Assembly: GCA_028713935.1 (NCBI GenBank) | Contig: JAQTNI010000001.1 | Span: forward strand, 1-32,000 | Source: Candidatus Iainarchaeum sp. | GTDB lineage: Archaea; Iainarchaeota; Iainarchaeia; Iainarchaeales; GCA-2688035 | Direction: 5' to 3' | DNA: 32,000 bases | Shown: piece by piece, positions 8,133 to 16,761 of the stretch | Numbering within the stretch: the stretch's first letter is position 1 | Layout of the letters: the number at the start of each line of letters is the position of its first letter | Notes under the pieces: model-generated | What the model was told of the DNA's origin: nothing | The model's input: the letters and a program-made list of their open reading frames with translations, nothing else | Databases searched by the model: none | Program-made: the position numbers and the translations under genes

Positions 8133-8996
8133 GTGATTTTTCTGCCTTTTGTGGGATTAAGCTCAAGTTATTTTGCTTTCCAAAACTTTTCAGTTTATGA
8201 TTCAGTTAAGCGCATAAGCGACCTTGGATTTTCAACTGTGGAGCTCGGTGCAGCGCATTCTTTTGAAAAAGGCATTTCGCAAACCCTCCGCAAAATAAAA
8301 AAGGATTTTCCAAAAATGAATTTTACTGTCCATGGAATGTTTCCCCCGCTGAAAGAACATCATTGGTTTAACCTTTCACTTGGCATTTCCAAAAAAAACA
8401 AAAAAATTTTTTCTGACATGTTTAAAGCCGCAGAACTTGTCGAGGCAATGTGCGTCACTGTGCATCCTGGCTATCTTTCAAAAGCAATTTTCAGGAACAA
8501 AATGGGAATGGATTGCGAAAAAGAAGGCAGCCCTATTTCAAAGGAAAAGGCATTAAGGGGGGTTTGTTCCGCAATTGATTTTGCTATGCAGCTCAGCGAA
8601 AAAACAGGCATTGGCTTTGGCATTGAAAACGTGCCACAGATTGTCTTCAAGCCCGCGATTTATTCCGCAAAAGATTTTCAATTGCTTTTTGCAAAATTTT
8701 CAAAAGCAGGGCTGCTTTTTGACATGGGCCATGCGCTTGCGGAAACCCGCCTTGGAGAAATCCTTTCATTTAAGAAAAAAATAATTGAAATGCATGTGCA
8801 TTACAGCAGGCCAAAACAAGGCGCGCCAAGGAGAGATGAGCATTTGCCCCTCCCTTCCGAAGAAGCAATTGCTTTCATGAAAACAATTCCCCAAATAAAA
8901 AAAATTCCCCTGATTTTTGAGCACGGCACAAGCACAAGTGAACAGCAAATCCTTGAAGAAAAAAAATTGCTTGAAAATTTTTTGAAAAAAATTTGA
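8133..8996 (+). CDS. sugar phosphate isomerase/epimerase, xylose-isomerase-like TIM barrel
   Basis: The motif series VELG, VTVHPGY, GIENVP, FDMGHA and MHVHY...DEHLPL is typical of the AP-endonuclease-2/xylose-isomerase-like barrel. GTG start. Confidence 0.7.
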   Translation: MIFLPFVGLSSSYFAFQNFSVYDSVKRISDLGFSTVELGAAHSFEKGISQTLRKIKKDFPKMNFTVHGMFPPLKEHHWFNLSLGISKKNKKIFSDMFKAAELVEAMCVTVHPGYLSKAIFRNKMGMDCEKEGSPISKEKALRGVCSAIDFAMQLSEKTGIGFGIENVPQIVFKPAIYSAKDFQLLFAKFSKAGLLFDMGHALAETRLGEILSFKKKIIEMHVHYSRPKQGAPRRDEHLPLPSEEAIAFMKTIPQIKKIPLIFEHGTSTSEQQILEEKKLLENFLKKI

Positions 8997-9001
8997 TTTT
9001 G

Positions 9002-10177
9002 TTATTTTTGCCAGGCTTTTTTGTAGGCTTCCCTGAATGGCACTCCTTTTTTTGCAATTTCCAGTGCTTTTTGCGCTGCAAAAATTTCCGGTGTCAATGC
9101 ACTTTCTGTTTTTTGCTTGTTGACCTTGATTTTTGCGATTACAATTGCCATTGCATTGATTGACGCTTTTGTTGTTTCAAAGCTTTCAATAAGCGGTTCT
9201 TTTGCCAGCTGAAAATCCCTGTTATAACCAGATGGCAGGGAATGGATTATTGAAAGAGTTTTGAACAAGCCTGCCTCCACAACTGCGCTTTTTGCCCTGA
9301 TCAGCTCCAGAACATCGGGATTATTTTTTTGCGGCATTATTGAGGAGCCAGTGCAGATTTCTTTCGGCAGTTTTATAAAGCCAAATTCCGCTGTTGAAAA
9401 AAGCAGCAAATCAGTTGCAAGCTTGTTCAAATCAAGCATTATCTGCACCAGGGCAAAAATAATTGTGCTTTCAAATTTGCCCCTGCTGTTCTGGCAGAAA
9501 ACAGGGTTTTTCTGGGTTTTTTCAAAGCCAAGCAGTTTTGTTGTAAGTTCCCTGTCAATTTTGAATGGCAAGCCATATCCCGCTGCTGAACCCAAAGGGT
9601 TCTGATTAATGGTTTTTTTTGCAAATTCCAGGGTTTCCAAGTCACTTTCAAGGCTTTCAGTAAAAGAATCCGCCCAGAGCCCAAAGCTTGAAGGCATTGC
9701 CTTCTGCATGTGGGTATAGCCAGGCATTTTTATTTTTCCAAATTTTGTGCAAAATTTTTTTAATTCCCGGATTAGTTTCAGCACTGTTTTTTTTGTTTCT
9801 GAAATTTCTTCTTTGGCATACAGGCGGATTGCAACAAGCACCTGGTCGTTTCTGCTTCTTGCAGTGTGAATTTTTTTTCCCGCGGTCCCAATTTTTTTTG
9901 TCAGATAATTTTCAATTGCAGTGTGGCAGTCTTCATCCTCTTTTTTTATTATAAATTTTCCTTTTTCAGAAAGAACAATTATTTCTTTCAGGGCTTTTTC
10001 CAGCTTTGGCAATTCCTGCTTGTTAAAAATCCCGATTTTTTTAAGCATTTTTGCATGGGCAATGCTTGCAATTGCGTCAAATTTTACAATCTTCAAATCA
10101 AGCAAATAATCATTGCCGACTGTAAATTCTTCAATTGCCTTGTCTATCCTTCCAGAATCTTTCTGCCAGAGCTTCAA
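9002..10177 (-). CDS. argH: argininosuccinate lyase (short, 391 aa)
   Basis: HTARSRNDQV, MPGYTHMQKAMPSSFGLW and the fumarate-lyase signature GSSIMPQKNNPDVLE are present. The protein ends 8 residues after GVPFREAY. Confidence 0.9.
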   Translation of the reverse strand: MKLWQKDSGRIDKAIEEFTVGNDYLLDLKIVKFDAIASIAHAKMLKKIGIFNKQELPKLEKALKEIIVLSEKGKFIIKKEDEDCHTAIENYLTKKIGTAGKKIHTARSRNDQVLVAIRLYAKEEISETKKTVLKLIRELKKFCTKFGKIKMPGYTHMQKAMPSSFGLWADSFTESLESDLETLEFAKKTINQNPLGSAAGYGLPFKIDRELTTKLLGFEKTQKNPVFCQNSRGKFESTIIFALVQIMLDLNKLATDLLLFSTAEFGFIKLPKEICTGSSIMPQKNNPDVLELIRAKSAVVEAGLFKTLSIIHSLPSGYNRDFQLAKEPLIESFETTKASINAMAIVIAKIKVNKQKTESALTPEIFAAQKALEIAKKGVPFREAYKKAWQK

Positions 10178-10210
10178 AAAAAACGCCTTTTGATAAAATA
10201 AAAAATAAAA

Positions 10211-11443
10211 TTAAAAAAAATCAATGCCGAGAGTTTTGTTGACACGTGATTCGACTTTTAATGGCAGGGATTTTATTTTCAGAAATCCTGTTGAATCGTC
10301 CTGGTTGAAGGAACCGCCTTTTTCCATTGTGGCAATGTTTTCGTCATACAAACTGCAGGGGCTTTTCCTTCCTTTGATACTTATGTTTCCCTTGTACAAT
10401 TGCAGTTTTACTGTTCCAGTAACTCCTTTTTGCGAGGCATCAACAAAGGCATTCAATGCATGCAGTTCTCTTGAACACCAGAAGCCATAGTAAACAAGCT
10501 CTGCATATTTCGGGCTTAATGAATCTCGCAAGTGCATTAAATCCCTGTCCATTGTAATCCCTTCCAGGTCCCTGTGTGCGGCATACAAAATTGCCATTCC
10601 CGGGCTTTCATAGACTCCCCTGCTTTTCATTCCGACAAACCTGTTTTCAACCATGTCAAGCAAGCCAACCCCGTTTTTTCCCCCGATTTCATTCAAAAAT
10701 TCCAATAATTCAACTGGCTGGATTTGTTTTCCGTTTACCCCTATTGGAAAGCCGTTCTCAAATTCAATTGCCAGATCAGTTGCATTATCAGGGGCATTTT
10801 CAGGCGGAGTGACAATTTCGTACATTTCGCCTGTTGATTCATTCCAGGGCTCTTCCAACAATCCCGCTTCATGGCTGATATGGGCAAGGTTTGCATCAGT
10901 GCTCCATGGCTTTTTAACAGTTGCAACAATCGGAATCCAGTGTTTTTTTGCATAGCCGATTGCTTCTTTTCTTCCGGGAATAGTATCGCGGAATTCTTTT
11001 TCACGCCAAGGCGCTATAATTTTTACATCCGGTTCAAGTGCCTTTGCAGTCAGTTCAAACCTGCACTGGTCATTGCCTTTTCCTGTTGCCCCGTGGGCGA
11101 GGATGTTTGTTTTTTCCTTTTTGGCAATTTCCAGTAATTTTTTTATTATAAAAGGCCGTGCAATTGACGTTCCCAATAAATATTTTCCTTCATATTTTGC
11201 CTCTGCCTTTAAGCACTGGAAAACTCCTTTGCTTACAAACTCTTCTTTTGCATCCAATGAATAAAATTTTTTTGCACCGCTTGCAAGGGCTTTTTTTTCA
11301 AGGTTTGTTTCTTCTTTTTGCCCGACATCCACAAGAGCAGCAATTACTTCAAAATTTTTTTCAGAAAGCCATTTTGCAAGGACACTCGTGTCAAGGCCTC
11401 CCGAATAAGCCAAAACAATTTTTTCTCCATTCCCATTTTCCAT
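10211..11443 (-). CDS. argG: argininosuccinate synthase
   Basis: IVLAYSGGLDTSV, GATGKGNDQCRFE and ENRFVGMKSRGVYE are present. ATG at 11443 is chosen because the 35-codon hydrophobic extension up to 11548 has no homology support. Confidence 0.93.
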   Translation of the reverse strand: MENGNGEKIVLAYSGGLDTSVLAKWLSEKNFEVIAALVDVGQKEETNLEKKALASGAKKFYSLDAKEEFVSKGVFQCLKAEAKYEGKYLLGTSIARPFIIKKLLEIAKKEKTNILAHGATGKGNDQCRFELTAKALEPDVKIIAPWREKEFRDTIPGRKEAIGYAKKHWIPIVATVKKPWSTDANLAHISHEAGLLEEPWNESTGEMYEIVTPPENAPDNATDLAIEFENGFPIGVNGKQIQPVELLEFLNEIGGKNGVGLLDMVENRFVGMKSRGVYESPGMAILYAAHRDLEGITMDRDLMHLRDSLSPKYAELVYYGFWCSRELHALNAFVDASQKGVTGTVKLQLYKGNISIKGRKSPCSLYDENIATMEKGGSFNQDDSTGFLKIKSLPLKVESRVNKTLGIDFF

Positions 11444-11578
11444 AAAACCGCCTGCAAACCAGCAATACAGCAATAGCCGCTTCTGCAATTTAAATACTTG
11501 CCGCCCCAAAAAAGACAAAAAAAACAAGAACTGTCCCAAATAGAACATTTTTTATTTTTTTCCCCGCTAATTATTTTC

Positions 11579-12217
11579 ATGCAGGGGCAAAGCATTGCAA
11601 AGATTGTTTGTTCTTTTGTGGGCGAACGGCCTTTTTTGCGGGAATGCATGAAAAAAGGCCTGATTAATTTTTCCCAGCTTGCAAGGCTGGTTATTTCCGA
11701 GAAAAAGCTTTCAAAGGCAGATTTTGACGCTGTTCTTGTTGCCTGCAGGCGTTGTTTTGAAAAGCTTTCTTTTGGAAAGGAATTCGAATCCAGGATAATT
11801 GCCTTGTTTAAAACAAGCAAGATAGAGGTTAAAACAAAAATTTGCGTTTTTGTTGTTTCAAAAAAAGCCCCTTTTTCAGTTATTTCAAAAATTGTCAGGG
11901 AAATTTCCGAAAAAGAAGAATTGTTTCACATTATCCAGGGCAGCTCCGCAGTTACAATAATTGCTTCCCAGGATTTTTTTGAATTGATAAAAAATTCTTT
12001 GGCCGGGTTTGTTGTTTCAGAAAAATCAGGGCTTGTTGAAATACTTGTCAAGACCTCAAAGGAAATCGAGCAAATCCCGGGTTCGGTTTCTTTCCTTTAT
12101 GGCAGGCTTTCAGAACAAGGAATCAACATTGTTGAAACAGCAAGCAGCTGGACAGACACTCTTTTTGTTATCTCGGAAAAAGACCTTGCAAAAACAATGG
12201 AACTCCTGGACTTTTAG
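11579..12217 (+). CDS. ACT-domain-containing protein (predicted)
   Basis: The C-terminal segment IPGSVSFLYGRLSEQGINIVETASSWTDTLFVISEKDL resembles an ACT fold. ATG 11579 is preferred over the upstream ORF start at 11498. Confidence 0.45.
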   Translation: MQGQSIAKIVCSFVGERPFLRECMKKGLINFSQLARLVISEKKLSKADFDAVLVACRRCFEKLSFGKEFESRIIALFKTSKIEVKTKICVFVVSKKAPFSVISKIVREISEKEELFHIIQGSSAVTIIASQDFFELIKNSLAGFVVSEKSGLVEILVKTSKEIEQIPGSVSFLYGRLSEQGINIVETASSWTDTLFVISEKDLAKTMELLDF

Positions 12218-12735
12218 GTCTGTTTTTTTATTTTTTTGAGGATAAAATCAGGAAGCATGCCTGAATCACTGTATGCCTTTTTTATTTTTTCAGGGAGTTT
12301 TGGAAATTCTTTTATTTTTCTCCTGCAATTTTTTGCCCCGCAATTGCACTGAAAGCCCCATATTTCCTGCCAGTTTATGCCCCAGATTGAATCATCAGTC
12401 CATTCCGTTAAAGAATAATCAAAAGTTATTTCCTCGCCTTTTTTTATGTTTTTAAAGGCAACTAATTTGTCAGATTTGACAATGCAGGAAGTAGGGGAGC
12501 AGGAATGATTTATGTAAATAAAAGGCACTTTTAGTTTCAGGTAAATTTTATCCGATATCTGCAATGGGTCATCAATCCTTGTTTTTCCTTCACTGTAATC
12601 TTTTTTCAGCATTGGTATTGACACTTGTTTTCCCCGCATAATGCAAACGGTTTCGCCTTTTTTTATATTGCACGAGGCGAAGCAACCTCTGCCTTCAATT
12701 TTTGAAACACGAATTTCAATTTTACTTTTTGCCAT
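12214..12735 (-). CDS. SET-domain protein (putative lysine methyltransferase)
   Basis: GRGCFA, INHSCSPT and GEEITFDY are present, with a post-SET Cys cluster CNCGAKNCR. Confidence 0.85.
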   Translation of the reverse strand: MAKSKIEIRVSKIEGRGCFASCNIKKGETVCIMRGKQVSIPMLKKDYSEGKTRIDDPLQISDKIYLKLKVPFIYINHSCSPTSCIVKSDKLVAFKNIKKGEEITFDYSLTEWTDDSIWGINWQEIWGFQCNCGAKNCRRKIKEFPKLPEKIKKAYSDSGMLPDFILKKIKKQT

Positions 12736-12747
12736 ATCCCCACGTTT

Positions 12748-13413
12748 TCAGAGCAGTGCCACTGCTTTTTCCAGGTCTTTTTTGCTGTTTATGTTGAAGT
12801 ATTTTCCCTGGAATGGATAGCCAAACAGCAATCCTTTTTCCGCGAGCCTTGGAAAAAGGTCTTTTTCAATGCCCTGCATTCCTTTTCCAAGGTGCTTGAA
12901 AATCTCGGGTTCAAACAAAAAATAACCCGCATTCACAAGGTAAGAATGTGCCTCGCGCTTTGGCTTTTCAGCAAATTCTGTTATTTTGTTTCCCTGCAGG
13001 ACAGCAACCCCAAAGTCCTTTGGATTGCTTACTGTTGTAAGCGCCATTGTTGCAAGCGCATTGTTTTTCCTGTGGAAAGCAAGCATTTCATTCAGGTTTA
13101 CAGATGCAATTGTGTCTGCATAGGCAACAAGAAAAGTGTCTTTAAGCCGCGGTTTTGCCATGAGCAGGGCATTTACTGTTCCGCTTGGCTTTTCCGCAGA
13201 CAAAAAATCAACTGCAAAAGCCAGGTTTTTTTCCCGCATTTCTTTTTCTATTTCCTTTGCAAAACTGTCAGAATAAACAATGAAATTGTTCACGTTATAG
13301 CCGTTGATTTCTTCCAAAACCCACTGCAGGACAGGCTTTCCCCTTATTTTAACCAGGAATTTTGGCTTGCCATTAAGCAGCAGGCTGCTTTTTTTTCCGC
13401 CGGCAAGGAGCAA
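12748..13413 (-). CDS. sugar-1-phosphate nucleotidyltransferase (NTP_transferase family); the open frame continues upstream to 13563
   Basis: LLLAGGKKS...GKPVLQW, AYADT, FAEKP and NAGYFLFEP are present. The only canonical start is TTG 13413, which sits right at the G-loop. The 50 in-frame codons upstream encode an RHH-like fold (see findings). Confidence 0.8.
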   Translation of the reverse strand: MLLAGGKKSSLLLNGKPKFLVKIRGKPVLQWVLEEINGYNVNNFIVYSDSFAKEIEKEMREKNLAFAVDFLSAEKPSGTVNALLMAKPRLKDTFLVAYADTIASVNLNEMLAFHRKNNALATMALTTVSNPKDFGVAVLQGNKITEFAEKPKREAHSYLVNAGYFLFEPEIFKHLGKGMQGIEKDLFPRLAEKGLLFGYPFQGKYFNINSKKDLEKAVALL

Positions 13414-13680
13414 GGCATTTTTCAGCCTGAAATCGGAGAGGAATTTGCTGAGCAGGTATTCGATTGCCTGGCTCCTGCTCCTGATTGTGATTCCGTCAAC
13501 AAGCCTGTCAACCTGCTTGAGCAGGTCAGCCTTTATTGTAATTGTGACCCTGTCCCTGTTTATTCAAACCGCCCCTTTGGTACAACCATAAAAATTTTCA
13601 TACTTTATCATACTATATATGATTCTATTGTAAATTTAAAAGCCTTTCCAGGCAGACTTTTTTTTTCTTGGAGGGATAAA

Positions 13681-14988
13681 ATGGATATCACTGTTGTTGG
13701 CACTGGCTATGTCGGCCTTGTTGCGGGAACCTGTTTTGCGGATATGGGAAACAGGGTTTTCTGCGTTGACATTGACAGCAAAAAAATTGGCATGCTGAAT
13801 GATGGCAAATGCCCCATTTATGAGCCTGGGCTTGAGCCGCTTATTGAAAAAAATGTGAAGGCAAAAAGGCTTTTTTTCACTACTGACATAAAAAAGGCGA
13901 TTAATGAAACGGAAATTATTTTTATTGCGGTGGGCACTCCGCCAAAGCCGAATGGCGATGCAGACCTCAGCTTTGTGGAGAATGTTGCAAAAACAATTGC
14001 AGAGACAGCCACAGAACCGAAAATTGTTGTTGAGAAAAGCACTGTTCCTGTTGAAACAGGCGAGAGAATTGCAGCTGTCCTGAAACTGTACAATCCGCAC
14101 AATGTTGTTTTTGAAGTAGTAAGCAACCCAGAGTTTTTAAGGGAAGGCTCTGCTGTAAAGGATTTTTTGGTGCCTGACAGGATTGTTATTGGCGCAAGCA
14201 GCGAGCATGCGCGCAAGAAACTGGGCGAGCTTTACTCCCCATTGAAGGCAAAAATCCTTTTTACTGATGTGAAAAGCGCTGAAATAATAAAGCACGCGAG
14301 CAACAGTTTTTTGGCAACAAAAATTTCTTTTATAAATGCAATTGCAGACATCTGCGACAATACCGGGGCTGATGTTAAGCTTGTTGCGGAAGGAATGGGT
14401 CTGGATGCGAGAATTGGAAAATCCTTTTTGAATCCGGGAATAGGGTATGGGGGCTTTTGCTTTCCGAAGGATGTTGAGGCTTTTATCAGGATTGCGGAAA
14501 AAAAAGGCTATGATTTCAGGCTTTTGAAGGAAGTCCAGGAAATAAACCATGCACAGAGAAAAATTTTTGTAAAAAAGATTGAGCAACAGTTATGGAACCT
14601 GAACAACAAGAAAATCTGTGTGCTGGGGCTGGCTTTCAAGCCGAACACTGATGATATGAGGTTTGCCCCTAGCATTGACATTATTAAGATGCTTCAGGAT
14701 GAGGGTGCAAAAATTTTTGCCTATGACCCAGTTGCAATGGAAAGGGCAAAATCTGAAATCAGGGGAATTGAATTCTGCAGCAATGCGTATGCAGCCGCAA
14801 AAGATGCCGAGGCATTGCTTGTTTTGACTGAATGGCAGGAATTTTTGGAACTTGATTTCAAGAAAATCAGGGCTTCAATGAAAACCCATTTCCTTTTTGA
14901 CGGAAGAAACTGCCTTGATTCAAAAAAAATGATTTCTCTTGGCTTTAAGTATTTTGGGATGGGTTCCCAGGGCAATAATTGCCTTTGA
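13681..14988 (+). CDS. ugd: UDP-glucose 6-dehydrogenase
   Basis: ATG 13681 after GGAGGG. ITVVGTGYVGLVAGTCFADMG (Rossmann), NPEFLREG, GYGGFCFPKD (catalytic Cys) and GLAFKPNTDD are present. Confidence 0.93.
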   Translation: MDITVVGTGYVGLVAGTCFADMGNRVFCVDIDSKKIGMLNDGKCPIYEPGLEPLIEKNVKAKRLFFTTDIKKAINETEIIFIAVGTPPKPNGDADLSFVENVAKTIAETATEPKIVVEKSTVPVETGERIAAVLKLYNPHNVVFEVVSNPEFLREGSAVKDFLVPDRIVIGASSEHARKKLGELYSPLKAKILFTDVKSAEIIKHASNSFLATKISFINAIADICDNTGADVKLVAEGMGLDARIGKSFLNPGIGYGGFCFPKDVEAFIRIAEKKGYDFRLLKEVQEINHAQRKIFVKKIEQQLWNLNNKKICVLGLAFKPNTDDMRFAPSIDIIKMLQDEGAKIFAYDPVAMERAKSEIRGIEFCSNAYAAAKDAEALLVLTEWQEFLELDFKKIRASMKTHFLFDGRNCLDSKKMISLGFKYFGMGSQGNNCL

Positions 14989-15749
14989 TGGAAAGGTGTT
15001 TCTTGTTGAAGGCAATTATTCCTGCAGCGGGCTATGCAACAAGGCTTTATCCTTTGACTGAAAATTCGCCAAAGGCACTGGTTACTGTAAGCGGAAAGCC
15101 GATTCTGGAGCACATAATCAACAAAATCAGTCAGCTGCCCTCTGTTGACGGGATTTTCATTGTAACAAACTCAAAATTTTACAAGTGCTTTTCAGGCTGG
15201 TTCGCAGGCTTTGAAAACAAATCCGGAATTCCAATAAAAATCCTTGATGACGGCACAACAAGCAATGAAACAAGGCTTGGGCAGATTGGCGACATACAGC
15301 TTGCCATTGACAGGGAAAAGATTGACAATGAATTGGTTGTTATTGCAGGGGACAACCTGTTCAATTTTTCGCTTTTGCCGGCATTCAATTTTTTCAGGAA
15401 AAAGAAAACAATTGTCAATGCGCTCTGGGACAGCAAAAGCCTTGAAGTCGCAAGGGAACAGGGAATTGCAGTAATTGACAAAAAAAACAAATTTGTGCTT
15501 TTCCAGGAAAAAGACCCAAACCCAAAAAGCACTTTAACTTCCCTTGGAATTTATTTTTTTCCAAAGGAACAGGTGAAGCTTCTCAAGGAGTATCTTGGCA
15601 ATGGCAACAGCCCTGACAAAATGGGTTACTTCATGATCTGGCTTATCCAGAACAGCGTTGTTTTTGGCTATACTTATTATGAAAAATGGTTTGACATTGG
15701 CTGGCATTCGGCCCTTGAAAAAGCGAGAAAAGAATTTGTTCCGGATTGA
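14988..15749 (+). CDS. sugar-1-phosphate nucleotidyltransferase (NTP_transferase family)
   Basis: TGATG stop/start overlap with ugd. IIPAAGYATRLYPLTENSPKALV, VIAGDNLF and GIYFF are present. Confidence 0.8.
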   Translation: MERCFLLKAIIPAAGYATRLYPLTENSPKALVTVSGKPILEHIINKISQLPSVDGIFIVTNSKFYKCFSGWFAGFENKSGIPIKILDDGTTSNETRLGQIGDIQLAIDREKIDNELVVIAGDNLFNFSLLPAFNFFRKKKTIVNALWDSKSLEVAREQGIAVIDKKNKFVLFQEKDPNPKSTLTSLGIYFFPKEQVKLLKEYLGNGNSPDKMGYFMIWLIQNSVVFGYTYYEKWFDIGWHSALEKARKEFVPD

Positions 15750-15818
15750 TTCCAAATTTTTCAATTTTTTTAGCCGACTTTATGTTTTTTAATCAATAAT
15801 GCTGATAAATTGGTTAAT

Positions 15819-16757
15819 ATGCAAAAAATTCTTGTGACAGGCGGGGCAGGGTTTATTGGCTCGGCAACAGCTGATTTTTTGGCTGAAAAAGGATTTGGAA
15901 TCTGCATTGTTGACAACCTTTTTATGGGCAAAAAAGAAAACATTCCAAAAGAAGCTTCTTTTTACAAGGCGGACATAAGAAACAAGGCTTCACTTGAAAA
16001 AATTTTTGCAAAGGAAAAGCCAGATTTTGCAATGCATTTTGCAGCGCACATGAACCTGCGCCAGTCAATAAAAAACCCTTTTTTTAATGCGGGCGTGAAT
16101 GTAACAGGCACGCTTAACCTGCTTGAAGCCTGCAAAAAATTTTCAATTAAAAAAATTATTTTGGCCTCTTCAGGCGGCGCAGTATATGGCGAGCCTCTTG
16201 AATTGCCAGTGCCTGAAAGCCATACTTTGCAGCCGCTTTCCCCTTATGGCGCTTCAAAAATAGCAGTTGAAAAATATGCCTATTCTTATTGGAAAAACTT
16301 CGGCCTTGATTTTGTTGCGTTGCGCTATGCAAATGTTTTTGGCCCAAGGCAGAATCCAAAAAGCGGGGCAGGGATAATTTCAATTTTTTCCGAAGCCCTG
16401 CTGCATAAAAAAAAGCCCTTTATTTTTGGTTCGGGCGAGCAGACAAGGGATTTTGTTTTTTCAAGGGATGTTGCAGAAGCGAATTTTTTGGCGCTTACTA
16501 AAAAAACAAAAAACCGCATTTTTAATATTGGGGCAGGAAAGGAAGTCTCAGTGAACAGGGTTTTTGGGTTGTTAAAAAATTTTTTTGGCTCTGGCAAGGA
16601 AGCCATCAGGAAACCCGAGATAGCAGGCGAAGTTAAAAGGATTTTTCTTGACAATTCACTTGCAAAAGAGGAGCTTGGCTGGGTTCCAAAAACAGGGTTT
16701 GAAGAAGGAATGAAAATTACTGCGGAATGGTTCGTTGAAAAAAACAGGAAAAAGTGA
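15819..16757 (+). CDS. NAD-dependent epimerase/dehydratase, UDP-glucose 4-epimerase-like
   Basis: ILVTGGAGFIGS, YGASK (YxxxK) and NVFGPRQ are present, placing it in the extended SDR family. Confidence 0.85.
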   Translation: MQKILVTGGAGFIGSATADFLAEKGFGICIVDNLFMGKKENIPKEASFYKADIRNKASLEKIFAKEKPDFAMHFAAHMNLRQSIKNPFFNAGVNVTGTLNLLEACKKFSIKKIILASSGGAVYGEPLELPVPESHTLQPLSPYGASKIAVEKYAYSYWKNFGLDFVALRYANVFGPRQNPKSGAGIISIFSEALLHKKKPFIFGSGEQTRDFVFSRDVAEANFLALTKKTKNRIFNIGAGKEVSVNRVFGLLKNFFGSGKEAIRKPEIAGEVKRIFLDNSLAKEELGWVPKTGFEEGMKITAEWFVEKNRKK

Positions 16758-16761
16758 TTTT

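Noticed and set aside
11444-11548. 35-codon N-terminal extension of argG
   Set aside because: It is a hydrophobic, non-homologous sequence. ArgG homology begins at MENGNGEKIVLAYSGGLDTS.
420-13566. Stop-codon reassignment as an explanation for the in-frame TAA (420-422) and the TGA preceding the RHH segment (13564-13566)
   Set aside because: TAA, TGA and TAG each terminate several well-conserved genes in this window at positions consistent with homology. A standard code is therefore far more likely.
12892-13680. The first 263 codons of the 698-aa plus-strand ORF 12892..14988
   Set aside because: This part is antisense to a well-supported nucleotidyltransferase gene and its RHH-like leader, and it has no motifs. 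The UDP-glucose dehydrogenase homology begins at the ATG at 13681, which is preceded by GGAGGG.
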